A stretch of DNA of 47,254 nt from contig KZ538792.1 in the NCBI GenBank assembly GCA_000934665.2, positions 1-47,254 on the forward strand, read 5' to 3'. The notes beneath the pieces were generated by a model that worked only from the letters and a program-made list of their open reading frames with translations, was not told where the DNA came from and did not search any database. The position numbers and the translations under genes were made by a program. The stretch's first letter is position 1; the number at the start of each line of letters is the position of its first letter. This document shows positions 11,466-21,724 of this stretch, in pieces. The DNA comes from Catajapyx aquilonaris. Lineage: Eukaryota.

Positions 11466-13359
11466 CTAAAACCAACGTCTGTAGGTGTTGTCCATCATGT
11501 AGTCAACCAGGTGATCAATAGGCTTGACAATGAAAGGGATGCAACCAAGACCAATTCCAACAGTGGTCCATTTGCAGGTGGCCAGAGGAAGCTTTGTAGT
11601 CCTGGCCAAGACCCACAGGCTGGCGGCACAGACACGATTTATAGTGAATCCAGGAATGGCCACTGATGCCAGGGTCTGCCATACAAGCGTGTCCACAGCT
11701 GTCACTACAAGCTGCTTCTGCCGACCCTTCACATCCATTGAAAGTTTCTGTAATATGCAACAAGTTACATAACATAAATATGAGTCAAGAATCCAATGCT
11801 TTGTGATGTAGAGTTCTTGCACCCTCAGTTATGATCTTGGGAAACAGTTGGGGGAGAAAAATTGAATTGGGCATTCAGGTTGGAAACCAAATCAAAATAG
11901 AATTGATTCATTTGATTGAATCGTGTTACTTTCTTTCTTTGGCTGTTAAAAACAAAGACAAATTAATAAGCATCTTGCTGTAAATTTTTGAAAATATATG
12001 TTAATGAACAGGGCTCAACAGAGACAGCCAAATGAAAGTACACACCCTTTGCAATTTCTCCCCCCAAAAAATCGAAACAATGGAAGTCATTCTAAACAAT
12101 GCTGGTCCCTGGAGGCTGTTTGAAGACCTCCCAGCAACACAATCTCGAGATTCTTTGACTGCCTAGGTCACAAGTGTGTGGGCATTGTCACAAAGACTAG
12201 CAACTTGGTTTCCTTCTCCTGATTTTTGAGCGGGGAGGGTTTGAGACCCCTTGCCATCCAGTCCCATTGCATCCAATGACTTCCACCTCTTTTGTTCTGT
12301 AACAGAGCTCTGGATGGAAAGAAGTTCTCATCGGAAGATAAAGTTAAGGTGTGAAGTGATGTCTTCCATGGGTGAGGCTTTAAAAACCTTGCTTTACAGA
12401 GGAAAAAGTGTATGAAAGTGCCAATATAATTCCTTTAAAATGAGGGAAGGATGCCCACTCTGACTGTGTAGCTGCCAAATGACATCAGTATTGTGCCATA
12501 GCATTCACCTTCTGAGGTTCTATATTTGAGGGGTGTGGTGGAAAAAGGTGAAAACCCTAATTTTTGTCATTTTTGACCTGAACACCTAGCAACAATGTAC
12601 AAGACATGACAAACAGTTTGGTACACTCCCAAGTTCCCATATAATCTCCGAGTTCTCCCAATTATTCCCAGTCGAAAAATATCTCTTCTCCTTATTATCA
12701 TATACAATCTGCTTTTCTTTCCTGATTCTTCATTGTTTAGCCATGAATACTGTGATGTAATGGCAATAAGGCTCTTTGGAGATGAATTACTGCTCCCTAT
12801 GAACTAAGAACAACAACACTGCTATTATTATTATCCTTGTACAATCAGTCCATCAAGAATTGTCGTAGCGGCAGCGCACGAACTACAGTTACGAGCACTT
12901 CTCCCCCCAGAAGTGCTCGTAGGCTGTAGTTTGTGCGCTGCCGCTACGACAATTCTTGGCGGGCTGATAGTACCTTGCTTAGTAATGACAAACATGTAAA
13001 ATTGAGAGTGTACACTATACAGTATATCCTTTCACTTGACTGCCTCAGTTGGTTTTCATTAAAGTAAATCTGCAAAGGAAAAGTGTAATTATCGATGTTA
13101 TGGTGTCATGATACCTTATCCATCTTGCTGGTTTTGTCGGCAGTGTCAGCAATCACATACGCAGATGCAACTCCATAACTCAGTCGCACCCAGTTGACAT
13201 GAACGACGGACCGGAATGATTCTCCCACTTCATTTGCATAGCCTGTAATGCAACAATTTTCAACCACAAAGTTCTCCATCTCCACACACTGTGTTACTCA
13301 CCTAGCAGGCGGACAGGTGTGTCCCTGTAGATATCAACTGGTTCCCCTGTGCTTCCCAT
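11466..13359 (-). CDS. MTFP1: Mitochondrial fission process protein 1 (MTP18), 155 aa
   Basis: Exons (minus): 13359-13302, 13242-13115, 11747-11466, GT-AG and phase-consistent. MGSTGEPVDIYRDTPVRLLGYANEVGESFR...YGVASAYVIADTADK...DTLVWQTLASVAIPGFTINRVC...IPFIVKPID are hallmark MTP18 motifs. Confidence 0.96.
12839..12973. repeat. Near-perfect fold-back (about 65-bp arms, tiny loop) in MTFP1 intron 2
   Basis: CAAGAATTGTCGTAGCGGCAGCGCACGAACTACAG..TACGAGCACTTCT-CCCCCC-AGAAGTGCTCGTA..CTGTAGTTTGTGCGCTGCCGCTACGACAATTCTTG. Confidence 0.9.
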
Positions 13360-13789
13360 TTTGCTTAGTCGCTACTTGTGCAGTCTTGTGCGCTGCAAGT
13401 TAAACACGTGCCTATTACTTATCAAGAGCCATATTATTAAATAACGAGCAGCAGACACAGTCAAGTGGCAAACATGCAGTGGAACTCTGCCAGCGAGGCC
13501 AAAGGTCATGCACAAGCTGGCCTCATTAGATAAGGAACAAACCCTCTGAGACTACAATCCAGCCCTTCACTGCACCCAGGAAGCCTCAAATAATCCCCAC
13601 AAGGTAACCAGATTGATTTATCGCATTCTAATCCAAGTGCACCATTCAAAATAATTCACATTGTCAAAAGGTCAAGGCCAAGCACGGATGTAACCGTAAG
13701 TGAGGGGGCAAATAAGGTAGGCCTATCTGAAAAGCATTTCTGAGCCATGCTGATTGATAATTTTAACCCGTAATATGCAATAAACTCAC

Positions 13790-14107
13790 GTAATGTGCAC
13801 GTAACGGCACGTAATCAAGGCCGACGACGTTTCGAGCGTGTCTTTTGTTCAGTCCGGTTCGAGTGCACGTCTCTTTAATTTTTATCACTACACAATGTTT
13901 AGGAAGAACGCATTTAAATCACGGCTTAAAATCGACTATATGTGTATTCAGCGTAAATTTACACTTAACATTTTTGATAAAATAAGTGGGTGCACTCGTA
14001 TCCGCACAAAACATGGCGCCAGTTGCATAAGTGATTGACTTGCAAGTCTGGTCTCGCTCAATTTGCTCACAATTGGCACATTTTCCTGGGTCGTTTCACC
14101 ACTCGAA
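13790..14107. promoter_or_regulatory. Putative bidirectional promoter between MTFP1 (-) and MAD2L2/SDS (+)
   Basis: The ATGs are head-to-head, about 750 nt apart. A probable MTFP1 5'UTR intron has donor GTGAGT at 13789 (minus) and acceptor TTAACTTGCAG at about 13393. The stretch is CpG-rich. AAAACATGGCG at 14008-14018 is a YY1-like motif and also opens a uORF, MAPVA*, at 14013-14030. Confidence 0.55.
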
Positions 14108-14680
14108 ATGGCGGAATCTGGCAGCGATCACTCCGAAGCGGTGTCCCGCATTGTTCAAGTGATGCTGAACCAGATACTGTACGAGAGACATGTCTACCCG
14201 AAATCAGCGTTCAGTCAGGCCCAGGAGGTGTACCAGGTGCCGGTACATTTGGCGACCCATCCGGATGTTAAAGTGTACCTGGATGAGTGTGCGGGTAAAA
14301 TCAAGGCCTCTTTGCGTGCAAGGACTCTGCGTCAGGTTGTCCTCCAGCTGCAGAGCGCATCCAGTCATCTTGCTCTAGAAAACTTTGTTTTTGATTTCCG
14401 GTATGATCAGAAAGTGTCAGGCAGGCTGAATAAAGACTGCAGACAGATGCTCACAAGTGTGCTGAACTGTGACTCGGCACTGGATCCAATACCATCTGGA
14501 TGTCTGTTTAGTGTCATGCTCCACGTCGCAGATGATGGGGCGACGTCCAGTTGCTGGGTTGATGTAACAGAAGAGCACAGCGCAGAGCCAAATGCTTTTC
14601 ACATGGTTCCACTGAATGTGCTAAATGCACCAGGGGTTCAAATCCGTTTGTACATTGAAGAGCGCAAACAAAAGAGCTAA
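14108..14680 (+). CDS. MAD2L2: HORMA-domain protein MAD2L2/REV7 (Pol zeta accessory subunit), intronless, 190 aa
   Basis: ATG at 14108 (GAAATGG). VMLNQILYERHVYPKSAF...YQVPVHLATHPDVKVYLDE...ENFVFDF...LDPIPSGCLFSVMLH...IRLYIEER follows the REV7 pattern (ILYxRxVYP..F; YxVPV...HP; EKFVFE; QLYVEER). Confidence 0.88.
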   Translation: MAESGSDHSEAVSRIVQVMLNQILYERHVYPKSAFSQAQEVYQVPVHLATHPDVKVYLDECAGKIKASLRARTLRQVVLQLQSASSHLALENFVFDFRYDQKVSGRLNKDCRQMLTSVLNCDSALDPIPSGCLFSVMLHVADDGATSSCWVDVTEEHSAEPNAFHMVPLNVLNAPGVQIRLYIEERKQKS

Positions 14681-14818
14681 CATTGGGGTAGTTCGTCGTC
14701 CTACCACGAGGAGAATCAGGGAAATGTGTTATTTTAATGTAAATTGAACTTTCAAAGCTTCCAGTTATTTTGGAGTAATTTCATAGATAAGGAATTTATA
14801 TTTGTATTTTTATGTAGT

Positions 14819-16723
14819 ATGGAGCCTCTACATGTGGCCACACCTCTTCTGCACAGTACCACGTTGAGTGGGGTTGTTGGTGCACCTGTATATCTCAAGA
14901 TGGAAACTGTGCAACCATCTGGGTCCTTCAAGATTCGTGGTGTTGGTTGCCACATTCAGAGGGTGAGTACAAAGAGGTACATTTATACTCTCGGTGAATG
15001 GAGATTATCTTTGTCTTGATGAACAGCTGGTCCAGAAGGGTGCAAAACATTTGGTTGGTTCCTCTGGAGGAAATGCGGGATTGGCAATGGCATATGCAGC
15101 GTCTCAACTTGGAGTGGAAATGACTATCTGTGTCCCAGGCACAACCATGCCATTTATGATTCAGCGCCTAAAGGATTTGGGTGCCAATGTTAAGGTAAAA
15201 TATTTATATCTATGATGAACATTGTTAAGGTCTGAGGGTATATTGAAATTGCGCAGCCGAGGGAATAGTGGTTAGAGCTACAGCCTTCCATTTTTTGACA
15301 TGAGTGCATTGTTGGCAGATTGGAGGCGTTGGCTGGGATGGAGCCAATGAGATGGCTCTAAAGGTGGTGGCAGACAACCCTGGGGCCATATTTGGGCATC
15401 CATTCGACCACCCAAATGTTTGGGATGGGCACACATCTATTGTGAAGGAGATAAGTGAGCAGCTTAGACAGAAACCATCATGCATTGTTGTGTCTGTTGG
15501 AGGAGGAGGATTGATCTGTGGAATCTTAGAAGGATTGGGTTTGGTTGGTAAGTCACAGGGGTCTAGAATGGTAGTGTAGGTATGAAGTTTTGGCCATGTT
15601 TTGGCAAAATAAGCGAAAGCTATCAGAACTTTTCTCTGCTACCTTGATTTTTAGCGTGTAAATTGGGAAAATGTGGATCAGTCAAGTCTGTGGGAAAAAA
15701 TAACAACTATTATTCCGGTGCGTGATGCACATTTTGTGTACCCTGCTTCCTGTTTTCATATACCAATCTGGTATTCCATTTCAGAGTAAAACTGCTTTCA
15801 CAGACTGTCTAGTAATTTTCTAAATTCCCTCGTAGGTTGGGAGAATGTTCCAGTGCTAGCCATGGAAACAGAGGGTGCCAACTGCTTCAACTTGTCTATA
15901 AAAGCTGGATGCCTGATTACAATGGATAAGATCACTAGGTGAGAGCAAGGTTTCACTTTGTTGGTACTTTACTTAGGTAAAAAGTACCGTAATAATGAAA
16001 TATGTGACACAGGATGGTGTAATTAGGGACCAGTTGTGTCATCTCAAATTCTGGAGAAAATCTAATTAGCCTACTTGGGAATACTGTACATGATGAGATT
16101 TTCTTTTGATTCTACTGATACAATGCATTTTTGTTGTACATAATGAACACTGTCCTGTTCCATATGAATATCTTCTGTAAATGAAGGAACTCCACTGCAG
16201 TGACTGCAGACAGATTAAGTTGACATTGGTCAGAAATACTTGGGAAATAGTTTGTGCGTTTTGAGGTAGACGTAGTCCATGCATTGATTTCATTAATGAT
16301 GTGTTCTTTTCTGAGCATCCTCAAACATAAACAAATTCTAGTTGGATCTAGTAATGAGCTGGTAAGAAAGTACAGTACCATTATCGACCATTATTATAAA
16401 TCAGTGTGTTCTCCAACAGTTTGGCAGTAACCCTTGGAGCACGTGCAGTGACACCCCGCCTCATGGAGCTCTTGTCGTCACGGACAGTGATGTCAGAAGT
16501 GGTATCTGATAGGCAGGCTGTTGATGCCTGTCGTAAATTTTTGGATGATCACCGCCAGCTGGTGGAGCCATCATGTGGGGCATCACTTGCTGCTATCTAC
16601 TCAGGAGGGATCAGACGACTAATTTCGGATGGGACAATTGAGAATGGCCCCATTGTTATGATTGTCTGCGGTGGAAGTGGAGTCACAGTAGACATGCTCA
16701 ATGCCTGGCTATCTCGTGATTAA
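14819..16723 (+). CDS. SDS: L-serine dehydratase / L-threonine deaminase (SDS/SDSL family, PLP fold type II), 315 aa
   Basis: Exons 14819-14962, 15027-15194, 15319-15547, 15836-15938, 16420-16723, GT-AG and phase-consistent (948 nt). Motifs: [16 protein letters not shown] (PLP lysine), [33 protein letters not shown] and IVCGG. SDS and SDSL cannot be distinguished here. Confidence 0.93.
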
Positions 16724-17562
16724 TGGCAGGGAAAGTGGTTGCATGACACAAGACAAAGGTGGGATTTACATTGGCATGTAAATAGGGCATACTGGTGCTA
16801 TTTTTATGGCACATTAGCATTTATTGAAGTGTGCAAATAATCTATGTCCAACAAGATCCAACTTGAAGCCAACTTTTCAGCGCTTGGGCTTGTTACTACT
16901 ACACACTACAGGATATGGAATTTTTTCATGTGGAAGTTGATGTAGTGTTCCGTATGTGATTGTTCATGAAGGTCGAAGGGCAGTCTGCTTCACTGTAGTC
17001 TCTATCTGATTACCCATACTCATTGTTATATAAATTAGCTGCACAACTGCATTTTTTTTCTTGGTAATATGCATTCAACTGTGTTGACCCCCCAAGTGAA
17101 AAATAATTACTTTTTAACCCTGACAGGAAAATATATAATAATTGTCCAAAAGAACTCGTTATGATACATGATTTTTTGTTTGAGACATCATTTCAGGCTT
17201 AGTGACAATTATGAGTATCTTGTCCCCACATAATACTACTAGTACTAATAACAATAATAATAATAATAGTGGTTTATTTACCCCCTCCCTGTGAGGTATA
17301 CAGGGTGTTTCAGAGTCATGGGTCTAGCGCGCGCAAGGGGGTGGGGAAAAATCGTAGGTGGCGACAACCCCGGTCGGTTTTATAAAACAATTGGAAATAC
17401 GGCAGTAATCAATATATTTATTACGGCCGTACGGCATGACGTCACATCCTTTCTGTTCGAATTGACTGGCACGGACTGGCAGGTGCACTAGTGGGTTGAA
17501 CCTGGTTGAATGGCTTTTCAGCCTTGCGGGTTGCACTGAAAAAGGCGCTCTCATGCTATGCC

Positions 17563-17621
17563 AGCAGGGTACTGTACAAAGTAGTGTCCTACTGTACAGT
17601 AGTGTGTACAGTACCCTGCTA
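17563..17621. repeat. Small palindromic element
   Basis: AGCAGGGTACTGTACA ... TGTACAGTACCCTGCT, a 16-bp perfect inverted pair. Confidence 0.7.
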
Positions 17622-17924
17622 GTCTAGTTCCTGCTAACGTAGCAGTGGGATGAAAATTTCACCCCTAATTTTTTATAATATTTCTAAGTTTCCTCATGAG
17701 CGGGATTTTTTTTTGTAACACATTTAATTGGTGTGTCTCACTATCTCCTTGATATGTAAAAATTATTAACATACGCGTATTTGTACATTACTCTCTCGCA
17801 AATGATTTTAAGCAGAAAAAAGCCACCCCTGTACAAGTGAGACAGGCACAGCTGAATGGCTTCTCCGCCAGGCGCTGAGGTATGCAAAGACTTGCATGGA
17901 CAAAGGGATCACGGCTTTATCCAC

Positions 17925-18093
17925 TGGTACAGTGTTGGACATTAATCGAGATATGTTGGTAGTGACATTTTTCGAAGCGGCAGAAGAAGGAATCTTGCTC
18001 GCCCAGCTTGCACTATCCTTATCTTCGATGCCTTCTTCTGCTGCTTCGGATGTCACTAGCAGCATGCCTCGATTAATGTCCAACCCTGTACCA
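17925..18093. mobile_element. Fold-back MITE between the convergent SDS and ZNHIT2 3' ends
   Basis: TGGTACAGTGTTGGACATTAATCGAG...AGTGACAT...CGAAGCGGCAGAAGAAGG pairs with CCTTCTTCTGCTGCTTCG...ATGTCACT...CTCGATTAATGTCCAACCCTGTACCA. Termini are TA-flanked CAG.GTTGG. This explains the mirror-image ORFs 17808-18083 and 17896-18096. Confidence 0.8.
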
Positions 18094-18496
18094 TGACAGA
18101 GACAGCTTAATTATTTTAAGTACATTATTGCATGAAACTAGCCACACAGAATGATCACTGCAGGTCAGCTAGAAAAAACATCCATCCCTGTGTTGCCCTC
18201 AATTATGGTGAAACATAATTTGAAGTGCCACACTTTGTATCTGCTAACATGCAAGGTTTTTCAAGATCGGCATTTTCAACAACAACATCACGACATTTCC
18301 CTCTGAGGGGTAGTCAGCGATGAAGGGAGACGCAACCTAACCCAACATATGAACTAATAAAACTCATGAGAATAAACCTAAAAACAACCCGTCCCACCCC
18401 CCACTCTGCCCACCTCAGAAACAGACACTCAATATTAAATTTAAATATTACACTATGCAATATTGTACTTCGTCAAAAACAAGCCGCCGCCCCCCC

Positions 18497-18519
18497 NNNN
18501 NNNNNNNNNNNNNNNNNNN
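18497..18519. other. Assembly gap (N run) inside a poly-C tract
   Basis: 23 N bases flanked by C runs. Single Ns also sit in C or G homopolymers at about 29396, 37709 and 38830. Confidence 0.98.
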
Positions 18520-18893
18520 CCCCCCCCCGTCACCAGCCACTACTCCGGACGCCCTGGCCACGCCGACGCATTTTCAATAAAAATAAATTAGCAAGACAAG
18601 AGGTTTAATAAACACAAAGCAAGTCCATCCATGTTTATGATGCAAATTCAAGTCATTCATTCTGATTTCAAATTAATACTCTGACACCTCCTTAAACAAC
18701 AGGTCAAGGTAAATCTTCCAGCTGGCTGGTACACTAGTGGAAAAACTGCCTTGTATCCCGGCAACCAGCACCAATACAGGCGTGGATGGAAGCGGAAGCA
18801 CGTGCTTCCACTTGCATCTGCGTGATTGGCCACTCGGCACTGCTTGTGGGGGGTACGCTGTAGTTTTTTTTCCCCAGTGGGTACTGCCCATTT

Positions 18894-21367
18894 TTAATAG
18901 GTCTGCGTCGTCCAAAGTTTTTCATAGTTTTCTTTCGCCCAACTCAGCATATATTCCAACTTCTTCAGAGTCCTAAAGTGATGCTTGTTCTTCTCCTTAA
19001 CAGCAGCTTGGAAAATATCACATGCTTCTGATAGTGCAGCCAACACATACTGATCACTGCTCCTGGCTTTATATGGACCTGCAATTATCTGGCTGACATC
19101 TGTTTGGATTGATTTTGCAGTTTCTGGAGTAATCCCATCTTCAGCACAATCCACCAGCATATGCTGTATCCCAGACTCAATTGCATCTCCAAATGACTTG
19201 AAGTTGGTTTGTTGTGACAATGTAGCAGACACCTTGGACATGTGTGTGGCCACAGCAGATGGAGATGATTGCCAGTCTCCATTGTACACTTTCATAGCAC
19301 AGGCATAGGCATAGAGAACATTAACCATGCTATATTTCACAGCATCTGAAGGTGCAGTTTTCTGAAAATAAAAGTCACTTTAGCAGGCAGCACCACTACT
19401 GCATGATAGGTAATGAACAAAGTCTCCCTACGTTAGCTTGAATCACTACTTTATACACTATACTCCCGATTATCTGTGCTAATGAATGCATGGGTGTCCC
19501 CAGATAATCCGAAAACACGGATAATCCGAAAATGGTCCTAGATACCGTACAAATGAGATATTCACAGCTTTTTAATGTACTGCTGTACATAGTGTATGCT
19601 GCTTTATATAAGGTTTAATCAAAATTATGAAACTTACCAGAAATTTTTAGATTGTCTTCTGGAAAAGTCTTATATGTCTTCGTTTGTGAGACACAATGAC
19701 ATTTTTGAGGACTTTCATTTTTCATTTTATTTTTTGGTGATGCACGGCTAATCTGCACTAGGATAATTGGGAGTACAGTGTACATTTAAATTCTGAAGAA
19801 CAGGAAGAAATTTTTTTGAAAATGTGATCATTCTTCAAGCATTTCATGAAAGTACAGCACCGTAAGTTAGGTACTACACAGGTTTAAAATGAGTGTAGCC
19901 TTCTACTTCAGTAGAACATGTTTGAGGTTCACTTTTTTCATGGCAATAAATTAAAAATTCTTTTCGTATAACAGAAAGCGTATAACAGTGTATAATAGAA
20001 AAATGCCTTAGTAAAATCTACAGATTTTGGCTTGTAAAAGAAAAATGCATACCGTTACTGCAGACAGTTCTTGTATGTTCTCCCTGATTTTTGGACGTTG
20101 GTTCAACATTCCAACCACTTCAACTCTCCCAATTCTGCAAGTATAGACATGTTAACTAACATAAAGCATGGGCCTGACAACCCTTTAAGAACTTGTCTTT
20201 CTGTCATGGTAAGGATGATGAAAATCATTATTACAAACAATGATTGCTCTCAACTTACTGCTTTCTCCACCAAGGTGACCAAACTGGTACAAGGCAACCA
20301 GCCTCACCATTTTCAACCAGTTTCTTGAATTCTGCCTGTTCTTCCTGACTCAGCTTGTCCCAAACAATGTCTGTGTCATCCAAATCCACCCCTGCCAACC
20401 TCTCCTCTAATGGCACATCATCATCTGAATCTGCATATAATCCATGACAGAAAGTTGCTTTAAAAAACCTGCATCTTGGATATTGCATACCATAAAACAG
20501 GGTGAATAGGGACCAATCTCCTGACACAAATATGATACGGTTGTTTAATATAAATGTCTCCACCATGCGGGGAATTTGGAGCTGGTATCTACCGCTGCAA
20601 CCATCCAAATCCTAGTCTGCAAACGCCCTCCGAGGAAAGAACGGTTTGGGTTGGTTCTGAAGGCAGCCAACCCGAAGCGACCCCCTAGTAAATGCCTATG
20701 GAGGCGCACCAGGGCCAAATCCTCGCATAGCGGAGACTTTTATATTAAACTACCATCAACACAGGGTTAGGGTGGATGTGTCCGGGGGCTGATAGGGACA
20801 TTGAGAAAATCTGCATGCTACACCAGCAAACAATGCAATTCTGCCGTAAAGTTCCGAGTCCAACCACATGCAAACTTGTGGAAGTGACAGTTTAGGCAGA
20901 GTGGCATCTTTATTAAGAAACAATGACCCCGCAACATTTACAAATTGGCGTCACGGCATACCTAACTCTTCCGAATCGGGCTGCGCCCCCTCTTCATTTT
21001 CCATCTCTTTCTCCCACTCCTCCTTCTCCAGTTTTTCCATCTCCTTGATCTTCCCCAGCAGGTCCTGGCTGAGCCCTTCCGTCCCTTCCTGCTCCACCTC
21101 ATCCAAGACGCAGTCCCGATAGAACTGGTCCGAGCACTCCATGTGCTCAGGGGCTCCATAGCACTTGAGGGAGCAGTAGGACAGCTCACACTTTGGGCAC
21201 GTGTACCGCGCCTTCCCCTTGTCACATCTGGAAATTCACATCGCAATAAAATGTGTTCAACCTCAAAGCAATTGCGATACTTGCATTTCACATAGTGAGT
21301 CTCCCTCCCTGGGGTCTGGAAGGAATGCCTCTGCGTTGCCCTCGCTGCACCCGCTGTATCCCGCCAT
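18894..21367 (-). CDS. ZNHIT2: Zinc finger HIT domain-containing protein 2 (R2TP/U5 snRNP assembly cofactor), 356 aa
   Basis: Exons (minus): 21367-21285, 21227-20962, 20430-20259, 20134-20053, 19361-18894 (1071 nt); first intron is GC-AG. zf-HIT finger: CEICDKGKARYTCPKCELSYCSLKCY...HMECSDQFYRDCV. Further motifs: DSDDD.PLEERLAGVDLDD..VWDKLS.EE..EF, VPVWSPWW, NVLYAYA and KKLEYMLSW. Confidence 0.92.
19456..19780. mobile_element. pogo/Tigger-like MITE in ZNHIT2 intron 4
   Basis: TA-CACTATACTCCCGATTATC ... GGATAATTGGGAGTACAGTG-TA, with internal GATAATCCG repeats. Same family as 37586-37916, in the opposite orientation. Confidence 0.8.
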
Positions 21368-21724
21368 GGCTTCCAACTATCATCGACGTTCACTAAACGA
21401 CGGCACCGGACACCGGACGGCGGACGGTACAATATTATGTCCAGATGGCGGGGCCGTCGCAGTAAACTTAAAAAGACCCTTGTGAATGGGTGACATCTGG
21501 CGAGAGAGTGCGCCTCATGTGGCGAAACTGGGCTGGCCGAAACCAAGGGCGAAACCCGCCAAGTTGAAACACTAATGATAAAGTCATGATTTTTCTACTC
21601 TGCACTTTCATACCTCAAGATGCAAATATAATAATTATCATACTCTTTTATTTCACATTATGTCAATTAAATAGTGACAGCATAATCAACTTCTCATGTT
21701 GTCACCTTTGGTTTTATTATAAGG

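Noticed and set aside
17808..18096. Two similar ORFs on opposite strands
   Set aside because: Artefact of the 17925-18093 inverted repeat.
20962..21546. 194-aa minus-strand ORF overlapping the ZNHIT2 start
   Set aside because: Alternative frame starting at a non-ATG codon, with no domain; the zf-HIT is encoded in another frame.
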